DNA from: Phallusia mammillata
Taxonomy: Eukaryota
DNA: 64,000 nucleotides
Assembly (NCBI GenBank): GCA_965637545.1
Contig: OZ281494.1
Span: 13,392,001-13,456,000 of the forward strand
Reading direction: 5' to 3'
Made by a program: the position numbers and the translations under genes. A model generated the notes under the pieces. The model saw only the letters and a list, made by a program, of their open reading frames with translations, was not told the DNA's origin and made no database searches. Each line of letters starts with the position of its first letter. Position 1 is the first letter of the stretch. Of the stretch, positions 1 through 24,964 are shown in pieces.

Positions 1-2342
<2,342 letters not shown>

Positions 2343-3070
2343 TATATGTACTCAAAAAGAAATCCTAACTCTACGTTTGACTACACCTGTATGTACAAGC
2401 CTAACATTATGTTAAAGTGGAAGGTCATACACTGAAAACAAATTAGACACCACATATTTAAAACAATATACCAATCATACAAAAGGTTCGGTTGAAAAAA
2501 TGACTGAAAAAAGCCCAATTTCTTATCAAAACTGATCTTCTTGGCACCGGTCACCATGCGCAAAAAGACTTGTAAGCTGTTTTTTTTGTCAAGCATACTT
2601 AACTGCCAATTTTCTTGCTTTACCGGACTACTTACACACCGATGCTGGATACGATTTAGCGTAAATCATTTACTTTACGGTACTCACACTTTGTTTACTT
2701 AATCTTTTTTTTTGTTGTTGATTCAGTAGTTGCATTAGGTTTGATACTAAATGTCGATTGTCTGTACTGATTTGTGTCAATATGTTTCAAAACTTTATGT
2801 CCTAAATACTATGTCGTTACACATTTTGTAGATATCAATTAACACGTGAGAGATTTTACATACACATGTTCAAATACTTAATGCAGTGTTTTCCTCGTGA
2901 CCTAAAGTTGAGCCTTTTTGTTATCCATCTACTCTAAACTTCGCAGCCATTATTTTTCCCACGGATTTTTTTAAGTGGACTTCCTGAGAGAACCACAGAC
3001 TTAATGCGTAGCAGTAACTAATGAGGGTAGAAACTCATTTTAATGACGTCTGTAGAAAACAATATAACGT

Positions 3071-6696
<3,626 letters not shown>

Positions 6697-7781
6697 GGTT
6701 TGCATTTAAAACTTAATACTAATTATCTGCTTAAAAAAAACGGTTAAGGTTGTTTGCAAAGATGTTTTTGTCCAGTGTACGAATGAGCTAAATCACTAAA
6801 ATAGCAATATTTGCAAAGTCCAACTTTGTACTAAAATGCGGGTTTTGTTGTGCTAAACAAAACACTTTATAATAGCCAAACATAAACAGACAAAACAAAC
6901 ACTTAAATTGTACAATCTTAACAAATGATGTTGTTACATCTAATTATCCTTTTATATCCTACCGGCATAGCTACAAACATTCATCACAACTCTATCAACT
7001 TGGCAACAATACTCTTCTAGCTGGAAACAGTGTTTTGTTCCTCACTATGTAACATATAAGGTCACATCAGTTCAGCTGGTGACGAAACATCGACCGTAAC
7101 GTTTTCACTCAGCGTTTCTGGGCGCAATGTATTGTAAATCATTCACTCTGTGGCGTTTACACTTTGCTTACTTAGCTTTTCAGCTGTCTGAGGTGTTTCG
7201 CGAAAACAACCAACCTTTTTTCTTATAGTTGCTTTGCTTCGTCAGATTCAGTCAACCGCGCAACCGCCGTTTCGTCCAATGGTGTATAGTGGGTGACAAC
7301 CCATGGTGTGTATTCCAAGCGGAATTTATGCTTCTAGTTCAAGCTAGGGCATGAACTTAGTTTACTAAATCTTCATTGACTTTGGAAAAAGATTTTCTAA
7401 ACAAAAGTTCTGCAGATTACTTGGATTCTCTTGTAAAGTTCTAGTGGTTTAGATCGCGTTAGGTTCCCCGAGGTTGGTGTAAGAATTAAACTGAAACCGA
7501 TTTACTCAAATATTTAGGGATCGGATGGGTCCAGTTTCCCGCTACTAGGGCCTTTGTTCCACCGACGAATTGTGACACACTTGACCTTGTCCCTGTGGAA
7601 ACAAATCTCGACAGTTGCGACACAACCTAGTCCTTAACTAGGGTACTGCGTTTTACCAAAATAATTTTTAAAATCACAAATTTTTTATTTACTGAAGGCG
7701 TGTTACCCAGACAAAACGTCAAAACTAAGACCAGTATCTTTGCATGCGCATTCTAAAATAACTGGCATAACTTTCGAAGAT

Positions 7782-8199
7782 GGTAGAGCTACTAACACAG
7801 GAACTCACAGCACATTTTTGCTAATTTTCGGTAGGTGGCGTAACGGAACATTTGTGATGGCAAAAATAGGCAACTCCCACAATGCACCGGGTAACTTGCG
7901 ACGCAAGATAGCTATCTTGCCGCAACTTAGCGTCGCAAGTTATCTATCTTGCCGCAACTTAGCGTTGCAAGTTAGCTAAGTTGCGACAACTTAGCGTCGC
8001 AAGTTAGCTATCTTGCCGCAACTTAGCGTTGCAAGTTAGCTATGTTTCGTTGCAGGTTAGCTATCTTGCTGCAACTTAGCTATCTTGCAGCAACTTAGCT
8101 ATCTTGCAGCAACTTAATTTATTCGACAACGGCGCCCCATAAAAGTGCTTCGTTGCGCCACCTACCTGTGATGTGAGTTCATGGGTTAGTAGCTTTACT
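7782..8199. mobile_element. Long-TIR MITE, possibly Mutator-like, with an internal minisatellite
   Basis: Imperfect TIRs GGTAGAGCTACTAACACAGGAACTCACAGCACA versus the reverse complement of 8167-8199, plus an inner pair GGTAGGTGGCG(T/C)AACG (7830 and 8166). Flanking direct repeat TTCGAAGAT (7773-7781, 8200-8208). Absent from the paralogous segment near 14.6 kb. Confidence 0.7.
7891..8115. repeat. Minisatellite built from GCAAGTTAGCTATCTTGCCGCAACTTAGCGT-like ~31-bp units and shorter derivatives
   Basis: Visible tandem repeats of AGCTATCTTGC and GCAACTTAG, including the perfect palindrome GCAAGATAGCTATCTTGC. Confidence 0.85.
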
Positions 8200-8611
8200 T
8201 TCGAAGATACGATAAAAACTAAAGGAAAAATCATCTATAAGAAAATGCTGGTATTAAACAGTTGCAGAGGCATTGTATCGAGGTTGAGTAAATTATATCT
8301 TTTGTTATATCTTTTCGTGCAACAACAATTTTAATCTTTTGTACAAAATTTATTATTGATTCGCAAAGAATACTAACAAACTGTAAAAGCACACTGTATT
8401 CGCTAACTGCTCGTTGAAGGCGGATAAATTATGTTGTTGCAATTCAGTTTTAGAAAATCGTGTGCATGTACTTATTACGCTTATGGAAATAGTGTGTTTG
8501 CGAAAGCAAGATTAATCGCGTACGCTTTGTTTCTTACACAATATAACGGGGGAAATGGGCAACTTTGATTAATAGGTGTACAGAAAGAGGTGTGTGAAAA
8601 GTGAACATGGC

Positions 8612-11627
<3,016 letters not shown>

Positions 11628-12894
11628 ACCGAAGTCTTTATTTTTTCATGTACCTATAACAGACGTTAACGACATTACACGGTTAAAGTAAGGAACGGTA
11701 ATTTGCTTTATGTAATGGTATTTTACAGCTCACAGGTAGGGGATTTCGGGACTAATTTAAAAAATCCTGCATTGGCACTTTCCAATCCTTTTCCGGGATG
11801 CTGAATAAAATATGTACATTTTAAGTTGTTGTTTTTCCATCTTAACGACATTGTCGCGGAATGTGCGTTGAGTTAAACGCGAATTTTGGTGAGGTGAAAG
11901 CATATTTAAAGAAAATTTGATTGTTCTTTCGGTTTAAATTGTCGTTTAGTTTGAAACGTCCAGTTTAATTTTCTTGTGGGTGCGCAAACCAACTAGCGAT
12001 TTATTGAAAGTTTGTTGACATAAACACCAATACAATACCGTTTTTGTACTATTTTACGAAAACACATCTTCATACCCTAGTTTAATACGTGTCGGAAGTA
12101 CGCACAAATTTCAGCATTATGTTTTATTTTCAACGATAAAACGTCGCCTAGTTTATGCAAGGTTTTCCCTAACTTAACGAAGCCCTACAGAGTGTTATTG
12201 GATTTACTGCAATCCCGGGATTTCAGCAAAAATAATCCCGGGATCGGGATTCAGAAAAAAGCCTCTTACAGTAGGCTAATGATTGCAATCCTGACATTTT
12301 CCAATGTGTTGCAACTTTTTATTTTTACAACTGCTGCACAATTGACGTTTTGCAGAAATATAAAACAAATTGTAGCAATAAAAATTTTCGGTAAGGAATC
12401 CCAACAGCACAATGATATAAATGTCATCTTCACACTAATTCGTAGCTTTGAAAAAAGGGTAGCAAAGCAGTAAGTAGTTTGCAAAAAGAACAACACTGCA
12501 TCTAAAATAAATAACCTTTTTACCTTAATTAACTGATAGCCTACCTTCAATCAATGCAACTAGCAAGGATTAATACACACCTCACAAAAGTATCTATGTC
12601 TAAATAATACTAGCTTGCAGTTGTTGTGAACAGGGAAACAAATGTTACTAACGAAACAGAGTTCAGCACGCAGCTAAACGTTTCCTGATCGTGACCCGCC
12701 TCATCTCAAACATGTCATGGATTTACCAACGTCATTGCGTTTGCTGTCAATCTATTCCGATGTCGTTGCTGTTAAACAATGTTTTAATTCATTGTAAAAC
12801 GTTTGCTGAGACAAAGAAAGGACTTCTGAGGTCTTGTTCATATCCGAATTTTAAAAGGTCAAAACTAACTGAAAAAAATATATGTTTCCTATTT

Positions 12895-13080
12895 CCCTGT
12901 TGCAAACAACGATAGTTCAGCTGACAGTTCCTTGTATAGTTCCCGTTCCAACAGTTGGTGAAAAGTAAAGTAGAAATCCACTTCACAAACATGAATTTGT
13001 AATCTAATCTAATTTTATAGTTTTGTTTTAAGCCGTCGTGGTAAATTTCCTTCCGGCAAACAAGTGCTGTTGTTCATACA
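12895..13080 (-). pseudogene. Collapsed relic of the EGF-fibrinogen-domain gene
   Basis: FTNCWNGNYTRNCQL matches exon 5 ([15 protein letters not shown]), and CMNNSTCLP matches EGF2 (CKNNSTCIP) of the genes at 21-43 kb. Heavily deleted. Confidence 0.7.
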
Positions 13081-15359
13081 TAGTTGATCTTGCCAGATTC
13101 TGTACGATGGATCATTGTTAGATTTTTGGAACAAATCGGTGTTATTCTATCCGATTAGCCAAATGATCTTCGACTAAAATCGATTACAGTACACAAAATT
13201 TCCCCTTTCTTATCAAGCGGTGTTTTAAAACTTGCGATATAACACAGGTTGATTGCAAACGCTTTTTCCGCAAAAATTGAAATTTGAACGAACTAATAGG
13301 GCAAGTTTGTACCTTTTCAGGATTGTTGTATCCAGGTTCTATCAGACAAATTGGAGCAATGTAAAGTGCTTATTTTGGCTGGGGAAGCATTTAGGACTGG
13401 TTGTTTTTAGGTTCTACACTGCTCCACCTTCATGAAGCAAACTGAGGGCAAGCACAGCATCACACGAGAAACTTGGCAGGTTGGGTATGAAATGCAATGA
13501 TTCATACTAAAATTAAGCGGTTGCCATGTATCTGCTAATTCTGTAATCCTGGAAGAAAAATATGGTAGCTCTCGAACCTCTAGTGTTTACTTTGTTTTGT
13601 AAAAAACACAGTATTACCAGAGAAATAAGAAATGTCACAATCTTTCATAGAGCACAACAAACAGTAAACGTCGAGTCACTTTTTTGAAAACCAAATTTTA
13701 AATTGTATTTAAAGAATAGATAATGTAGCGAATTTAATGAAAGTAATAGGCTGGTTCGGTTTTCAAAAATTTCTTTTGACTTTGTGTATTTCATTATGAT
13801 AAGCATTCAGCCAAAAGGTGGTCGGTAAGTTGCATTTTTCTACAACACTTTTTAAAAGAATAAAAAACTAGAAGCATGGTGAAAGAAGCGTTCAGAATAT
13901 AGTCAAAATTGATTCGTTTTGCAGGAGCAGCCCACATTTCGGTTCGTTACGCGATCATCCGTGTCGATCTCTTTTTGATTCCCTTTTTCCTTTCCTTTGG
14001 CAACAATACTCTCTTTACTGCAGACAGTTCACTGTTCCACAAAAAACAACAACATTATCAGCTCACATCAATCCAGCTGGTGAGGAAATATTCACCGTAT
14101 CACTCAGCGTTTCTGGGCGCAATTTATTGTAAATCATTCCTTTTGTGGCTTTTTCATTTTGTTTACGCAGTATTTCAGTTTACTTCTTTCCTCATACTGC
14201 AAATACTTACTTTACTTCGTCAAGTTTAGTCAACGCGCAGCCCTAGATTTGTCCAATGGTGCAGTGGGAGACAGTTCATGACATGTATTCCACGCGGAAC
14301 TTACGCTTCTGCTTCAACAAACGGCATGAACTTAGTCTTTTATAAATTTCTAAAGGTTGTGGTTTCGTTGGGTTCCCTGCTACCAGGGCCTTTGCTAAAC
14401 AAACAATATGTGTCATTCGCAACCTTGCCGCTGTTCAAACAAATGGTGAGAAAAGAGCCACAAGCAAGTTCATAACCAGAGTACAGGGTTTTACCAAAAT
14501 ATTTCGTAAACATTTTTTATTTGCTAAAGGCGTGTTTGCTTGACAAAACTTTAAAAACGCAAACCCGTAGTTTGTATGCGCTTGTCAAATAATGGCATAA
14601 CTTTCAAAAACACTAAGAAAAACTTAAGGACGAGGTAACAGAAAGGTCGTGTAATAAACAATTGCTGATACATGGATATTGCAGCGAGGTCTATCAAAAA
14701 GTAAAGTTTATTTTTTGTTGCATTTTCAGATTTCTGCAACAACAGTCACAAGTTCGCTTTTTTGTGTGGAAACAGATTGCATTGATTTATCTAACATAAT
14801 AACCCTTCGCACAGCATTTATTATTGATTCGCATTGAATACGGACAAATAATAAAAGTACACTGTATTCGTTAACTGCTTATGAATGGCGGTTAAATGAT
14901 TATGTTTCAATTCCGTTCCAAATATGTATGTATGTACTTATTGACAAAAAACACAAAACGATTAAATGCTGCTCATATCACTGTGCCCAATTATAAAAGA
15001 CTTTTAGAAAAAGCAAGAAAATTGTAAATGTAGCCTAACGCTCTTACAAATATTTTTTACTGTACTGTCTTGGTTGTTTAACTTTAACCATAGCCACAAC
15101 AAAATTTTAGAAAGACTTAAAAACAAATTTTGTTGGTCCGGGAGAATGATGTAACTTAATACAAATGGAAAGCTATAGAATAAAAAATGTTCATTTCAAA
15201 ATTGTTTGGAGCAATGGCCTCTTGGCTACGCTAGGGCATTGTATAAAGTTTATGTGCAAAAGCAGGATTAAAATCGTCTGCTTTGTTTTCAAAAAGAGAT
15301 AAATAAGCAACTTTGAATAATATGTGTACAGAACGAGGTGTGTGAAAAGTGAACGTGGT

Positions 15360-19058
<3,699 letters not shown>

Positions 19059-20967
19059 ACAGCACTCTCTATTTTCTCATTTACCTAAACTAGAAGTTAA
19101 CATCAATCCACGTTATTGTAAGCAACATGAGCCGGTTAATGTATTGGTTTTCTGGTGTCGTGTTAGCTGGCGCTTTAAGCAAACATATACTGCCTTTTTC
19201 TTTTTTCTCTCGGTTTTCGTTTTGCGGCATTCACCGACTGCACTCTGCTCTCAGCTTGTTGGGTATATATACGAGTCGCTATGCCCTTATAAGGAAGACA
19301 ATGACATCATGATTTTATCGAATGAAAAAACTTTCACCAAGGATTGCAATCCTGATATTTCCCAATATGTTGCAACCCAAATTTTCACAACTGTTGCACA
19401 ATTCAATCCAAGTTTGCAGAAATCATCAAAAATAATTCTAACACATCTATAAACAAGACATAATTTAAATATAAAATAAAACTCTGAAACGAATGTCAAA
19501 CATCACGGATTTTTAGAGATATGCAAAGTTGCAGTTAATGCTTTTGGATCACTTTTATGTGCATCGAAGCATTAGAAATTCGACGTGTCAAGTCCTAACA
19601 ATTCTACGTAACAAGCACAACAATGAAACGTGTCATCTTCAAGCTGATTTGCAGCTTAGCAAATAAAGTAGCAAAGCAGTATTTTTCATCAAAAGTCACA
19701 TTTTCAGCTTACTTATCTGATAACCTACATTTACAACCAACAGAACTAACAAGGATTATTATTACAGTACATATCCTACAACAGCATCTATGTCTAAATA
19801 ATACTTGTTTGCAATCGTTCTGGACTGAGAAACAAATGGTACTGAAAAAATACAATTTAACAGCCTTACGTCAGGCATCAACGCACATGATTGAGCATAA
19901 CGGTTTAGATGGCATTTTTCAGATCGTGACGCGCTTAATCTTAACGCGTCTGGATTTCAACTTCATACCAACATCAGTGCGTACACAAGTCGTGGTTGGT
20001 TAACAATTAAAACACTTCAACTAAATACTGCTATTCCTGCTTGCGTTCCTGTGACGTTTACATGCATTGATTCACTTGCTCACGTTTGCCTAATTACCAT
20101 TTTAAATTTAACTAAATTTTGACTAGAGGTAAAATAGAAACATCTATGAAACATTTCGGACGAATATGCATACTTTGTAATCTCGCCCTTAATAACAGCA
20201 ACACCCAAGTGCACTTTTGCAAAACAAGTTTCTCTTTAGCGTGCAATTTAGGCATAACATAAATGGCAATATTGGGGCTGCAGTGTTTACTACATAGCAG
20301 AACGGATGAAGGGCTTTGTTGACTTATTAAAGGAAACTTTGTTAAGCTAGTGTCCTGCGCTTCCAGCTTTAGTTGGAAAGTACCGTCGTTTAAAGTCTGA
20401 CAACTGCTGCATCTTTGGCTAAATAGCAAATGCTGACGTGTCGGATCCTACAAGGTGTAACTCCCAAAGAAAGCAATTCCCTGTCGCTCACCAAATGGAA
20501 GCGCGTTGTGAAAAGGAATGTCAAAAAGCGACAGAATCTACAATCATACACTGAAACCACCACTGCTATAAAGTATGCGCATAGTATCCAGAAGATCTAA
20601 CATATTAGCCAGTATACTTTCTGTATAAATGATGTACGCACAGACGATTGCAAACACAGTCACAAATCGAAGCCTATACGCACGTTTAAATTCGTGCAAC
20701 ACAGTATTTTAAACAGATATACACTTTAAAGAGATCTGAGAAGAGTTGAGCAAAAATACGCAATGTATACCTATAAGATTAAGGTATACATTCAAAATGA
20801 ATATAATGTGGGTAAATTGAAATGTTTTCCACGCTATTCAAAGTCATACAAGTTGAGAAGTAATAGCTCAGGCACTTCATGTATGTTAGAACACTACTGT
20901 ATTTTTGTAAACACTGTAATTTGTACAGCAACTTTATTGTGGCTGAACACATTTTGTAACCAAAGTT

Positions 20968-23667
20968 TTATGCACATCGGGTCATGATTTTTGAGAAAAC
21001 AAGCTGGGTGGCGTTGTCGAATGTTCCCCAGTAAAAGTACCGATTAGGAGGTGATGGTGTGTAATTTCCGTTCAAAGGTGTATGGGAACAACTGTTAAAC
21101 CACCAACCGCCTGTGCGACGGGATGCAGCACCACAATTTACGTGTCTGTAAAAAAATCGGTGGTTAGGTTTAACAAAATGGTTTTAATCGCAGCCCGGTG
21201 AAATGTATTTTTAACAAGTTACTTAAAACTCGCAAACTTTCTTGAATCTTCTTCACTTACAATGCTAAGTCATGATCTTGGTCACGTGTAGTAAAACGTT
21301 GGTTGTTGATAACTGTAAATGACGCCAATCCATTCATCGCATTACCAGCAGTCCCTGAATACCCGTCAACGCAGAGACGATATTTATCAGTGGCTGCACC
21401 AACGGAAAAATTGCTGTCAAATAAGCACCTTTTTATTATTATTTTAAAAGAAATAAAACCATTAAAAAAGATGTTATTTCAATACCAACATATAATCATT
21501 GCCACAGAGTATAAATATAGTTCGATAAAATCAGAAGCGTGTTCGAATACAACATAGCAATGATATATAGTAGGGTAAACTATCGCCACCAGAATAAAGG
21601 CGTAATGCTTGTTGTGCTTCAGTAAGTATAACACACCTGTAAACAGCGTAACCAGATATATTGTTCAGACTTTTAAGCTCCACCTGAAGTTTGCATTGGG
21701 AACAAGTGTAAGCTTTGGTCGCTTGATAAAGGTTTTCAAGACCTAATCCAAAAAAACACCAGTTTTAAACATTCAAATACGACTTTAACATTTTCAATAC
21801 CCACCCCACCAAAATTCCCCTGTTGTGCTACCAAATCCTTGTGTGTAATTTGTCCAGTATTGTTCGAAATCAACACTTCCATCATACCGACGTTGGAATA
21901 CCTGAAACACAACATTTGTCCGTTTCCTTGTTTTTTTGAATAATAGTTATAACCAATAAACACATCACGCTGCAAGCAACGATGGGCCCTAATTCAGTGT
22001 AAAAAGTATTGAAAATGAGCACTCAGACTTCTAAAAGTATCATTAGAATCTATAAACCGAATTTTGAAATGTCAAAAGAAACCGTAAAGTTTGTATGTTC
22101 ACTTCTTTTTTACCACGCCCAACTTACCAGCCACCCCTTGTTGCAAACAACGTTAGTTCCTGACTTTAACTGGTAATTTCCTGTCCAGTTTCCAGTCCAA
22201 CAGTTGGTGAAAACTAAGGGAAAAAATGCACTTTACAATACGAGTTTTAATTCAACGGCCTAGTTTGTTAAAGACCATTTTAAGCAATCGTGGTAAAATT
22301 GTAATACGCGTATATTCTACTACAAGCACTTTACTAACTAAAATTGTCCATGTTAACCTTCATGGCGCTTTCATTTGACGAGATTTCAAACCCACCAAAT
22401 CATGTAAAGCCATTTAAAGCCATTTAAGGCTTTTGCGAGTTAGTTAGGTTTTGTTTGTTTTTCCGTGCATTTCTACGTACCCGTTTGACAATATTTTCCA
22501 GCAAATCCTGCCGGACATTTGCAGGTGTAACTTGGATCCCCTGGTATGCAAGTGCTGTTGTTCTTACAAAGACTGTTCTTACATTGGTTAAAGTCTGAAA
22601 TAAGCCCAAAAATGCATAATGTGTTATGTTGATTATGGCACGGTTGATTATCGTTAATTTTTTTAGATTTACTATTAAAAAAAACGGAGAAGCAAATAAA
22701 GGCAGCAAACAAAGGGCTATATATGCAGCTATACGTGTAGCCATCAGCCAGGTTTACCACCTCCTGCAGGATGTTCGAGGCTTTGATCAATGGTAAATAC
22801 GAGATACCCAGGAACTGCCAATGTGCTTTTTCTGCGTACGTATTAATTACCGAGTGTTTTTTACAGCTGCTGTTCAAGCAAGACATTAGTCTTTAGCACG
22901 TAGAGATCTATGTGACGGAATGTACGTACATGTTTCACATCTTGCACCAGTGTAGTTTGCTTTACATGTACAGTAGAACCCATTGATGGCATCTACACAG
23001 GTTCCGTTATTCTTGCAAGCATTTGCCACACAGTCGTTCACCGCTGTAAGAGCACAAACATGCTAATGCTAAATCATTCCATTCTTTGATTTGGCACAAA
23101 ACAAGCTCTAAAACAGTGCGTCGGTCGGTAAAATTTGTGAATGGGACCTGTTGTGTTAGTGTAAACTGTAAACGGATAGGAACAAACAGATGATAATCTA
23201 TTTAGAGTTGTTACTGTGGATATGGTTTAAACCTGTGCATGAAACAAGCGACTTTTTATGCACCTCAATTCAAATTATCTTACTATTAGCGGCTCCTGGA
23301 CTGCAGGATTGACCAGCTTTTGCTGACGGTTCGGATCTGGTGTAATGAAAATATGTTGTCTGGTTTTCTGTGCAAAAAATATACAACCTTGAGAATGCAT
23401 TCTGTAGTTTTACAACTAGGTGCCCGAATAGTAGGTTTATTTGTAAAGTCTTTTTGTTTATAACAAGGCATAAAAAAGTTGTCAATGTACATTTGATGAA
23501 ACTCCATAAAATGTGATGAACTTAAATTGTGATGTCATCATAAAAACATTCTCTTTTTGTCAAAAAATAGATGCTTTTGCTAAAATAGGCAAAATGTTTT
23601 AATGCCGCTCACCTGCTTGGTTGCATAAAGAGCACAGATAAATCGCTACAAAAATCGCCTTGTTCAT
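20968..23667 (-). CDS. Secreted EGF-EGF-fibrinogen C-terminal domain (FReD) protein, copy 1 (344 aa)
   Basis: Exons 23667-23613 (signal peptide [18 protein letters not shown]), 23415-23284, 23043-22930 ([13 protein letters not shown]), 22594-22481 (EGF), 22213-22128, 21901-21805 ([12 protein letters not shown]...GFG...GEFWWG), 21742-21637 (LENL), 21413-21261 (YSGTAGNAM...FTTRDQDHD), 21145-20968 (NCG...GGWWFNSC...LNGNY) total 1035 nt, open. The exon-2 acceptor is the least certain junction. Confidence 0.88.
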
Positions 23668-24277
23668 TTCTCTACTTTATTATTATACTGGTGCTTTGTG
23701 CAATATTATGTAAGTTATAATGCACTGCGTGATGTGTCTCTACCGTCAATTATACAAACATCCGTCTGGCTGCAAAACAATAGCTTATATATTAATGGAT
23801 GTCCTCTCTATGCTTTTGTAACATCCTTTAGTTTTTCCAATGCGAAAATCACAAGCGTACGATCGCGGATTGTGAACCTTACTTATAGAAACAGCGCTGT
23901 TTTGCGGTTCCATACGATATTTTTTTAAATTTTAAACATCACATTTTAAAGGATTACTATTTGCGATATTTGCAAACAAACTTTTTGATTAGTTGCAAAA
24001 TAAGTTATAATTCATTTTATGCCAAAGGTTTAAACCTGATCCCAAACTTTGTTTATACTTCCTGGATAGGTGATGTACGCACAGACGATGCTAAGCATAC
24101 TCACAAATCAAAACCTACGCACGTTTAAAATCGTGCAACAGGGTATCGTAAATTGACATATATTTTCAAGAGATTTGACAAAAATTTAGTAAAAAAGGCA
24201 CATTTTATACCATGAGATTAGGGTAAAAAAATAACACAATGTGGCTGAATCAAAATTTTTGAACACTCTCTTTAGAG

Positions 24278-24758
24278 CAGTGGTTCCCAACCTTTTTACG
24301 ATCCCGTACCACTTGGACGCTCTGCACTGCCGCGCGTACCACCATAGAGCACTATTGGTACCACTTCTTACAGGACAACTAATTTGTTCGAAACATCTTT
24401 TATTCAACACTAGCTTAAGCTACAAAACAGTAGATGATATCTATCAAAAGCAATCATTTGACATAATTAACGCCCACTGTCCCACAGCGTTATACGGCTT
24501 TTCATAAAGCAACTATGCTTTTTGTTGAGAATTGACATGACCTGTATTTTGAAGATCGTAATGATACGAAACAACAGGAATAGTTACGTAACAATGACAA
24601 TAGGCCTGGAGAATGTTTTTTTGTAAACAAAACCAGATAAACAAAATATAAAATTACAAATCGAGGTTTTTGTGAACAAAACAGAAGCTACTCGCGTACC
24701 ACCTGAAAACCCTTTGCGTACCACTAGTGGTACGCGTACCACAGGTTGGGAACCCCTG
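24278..24758. mobile_element. hAT MITE (GTACC-motif family), unit 1
   Basis: CAGTGGTTCCCAACCT...AGGTTGGGAACCCCTG, TSD CTTTAGAG (24270-24277, 24759-24766). Confidence 0.92.
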
Positions 24759-24873
24759 CTTTAGAGGTATGCAAGTTGAGAAGTAATAACTCAGGTACTT
24801 CATGTAAATTAGAAACACAAGAAATACTGCTTTTCGCCACCACTGTTGCCAAACACACTTTATACTCAAAAAT

Positions 24874-24964
24874 TTATACACATCGGGTCATAATTTTTGA
24901 AGAAACAAGAGTGTTAGCGTTGTCTAATGTTGCCCAGTAAAAGTATTGATTGGGAGGTGATGGT
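24874..24964 (-). pseudogene. Orphan 3' tip (91 bp) of the copy-4-type last FReD exon; repeated at 30399-30489
   Basis: Nearly identical to 36757-36847 (...SSKIMTRCV stop) and cut at the tandem junction. Confidence 0.85.

Noticed and set aside
7891-8115. Regularly spaced palindromic repeats superficially like a CRISPR array
   Set aside because: No unique spacers, eukaryotic context, no cas genes; it is a minisatellite inside a MITE.
11737-12290. GGGATT/AATCCC-rich segment suggesting another MITE; also a lone hAT-like end at ~42983-43054
   Set aside because: Paired termini and TSD could not be resolved by eye.
20112-20429. ORF with C-x2-C-x35-C-x2-H spacing resembling a THAP domain (repeated at 25640 and 31165)
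   Set aside because: Lacks the conserved Trp and AVPT motif and the FP spacing is wrong. It recurs only because of the tandem triplication.
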